From the NCBI RefSeq assembly GCF_009914755.1, contig NC_060944.1: 64,000 nucleotides of DNA; one strand, 5' to 3'. Of the stretch, positions 63,161-64,000 are shown piece after piece (the stretch's first letter is position 1; each line of letters starts with the position of its first letter). The DNA is from the human T2T-CHM13v2.0 reference genome, Homo sapiens. Both the position numbers and the translations under genes were made by a program. The notes beneath the pieces are model-generated. The model saw only the letters and a list, made by a program, of their open reading frames with translations. It ran no database searches and was not told the origin of the DNA.

Positions 63161-63439
63161 ACAATTTTTAGAAAGGCAAGGGAAAGCTAAACACAGAATT
63201 CAAGATAGCAGCTACTACCACAGTGAGAGAGGGAGGGAGGCAAGATGGGAAAAGAGTTCGGAAGTTGATATAAAATGGTTGTCTGAGTTCCAGCACGCAG
63301 GTGGGGCCATGGGTTCACAGGCGTTTATCATTTTATAAATAGCTATAAAGAGATTGTTAGATGGAAGGGTAGGTGGGGCTGTTCAGGTGCCCTTTCAGTA
63401 TTTCATTATGGAATTATGAATCATTCAATCCTACTTACT

Positions 63440-64000
<561 letters not shown>

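Overview
Human (primate) genomic DNA, extremely Alu-rich and almost entirely intronic. I recognise one real coding exon. It is on the minus strand (exon 10363-10481, CDS 10363-10472) and encodes MSVRLRFLSPGDTGAVGVVGRSASFAGFSSAQSRRI, the N-terminus of RIPOR3/FAM65C (chr20q13.13). The ORF track missed it. The window therefore covers most of RIPOR3 intron 2, exon 2, a likely proximal alternative first exon and promoter (~16.2-16.7 kb), and much of the long intron 1. Also present: a frameshifted processed RPL36 pseudogene with target-site duplications (TSDs), a candidate spliced antisense lncRNA (~25-42 kb, + strand), about 70 Alu copies or fragments (many nested), MaLR LTRs, hAT and mariner fossils, and L1/L2/MIR relics. 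Nearly all listed ORFs are Alu, low-complexity or chance frames. The most striking anomaly is an uninterrupted 400-bp (TTTTC)80, read as (AAAAG)80 in the RIPOR3 pre-mRNA. It has grown out of an Alu tail in a tandem Alu pair that shares one triplicated target site, an RFC1/CANVAS-like architecture. I cannot support a wholly new gene system from the sequence alone. Repeat subfamily names and boundaries were called by eye and are approximate.
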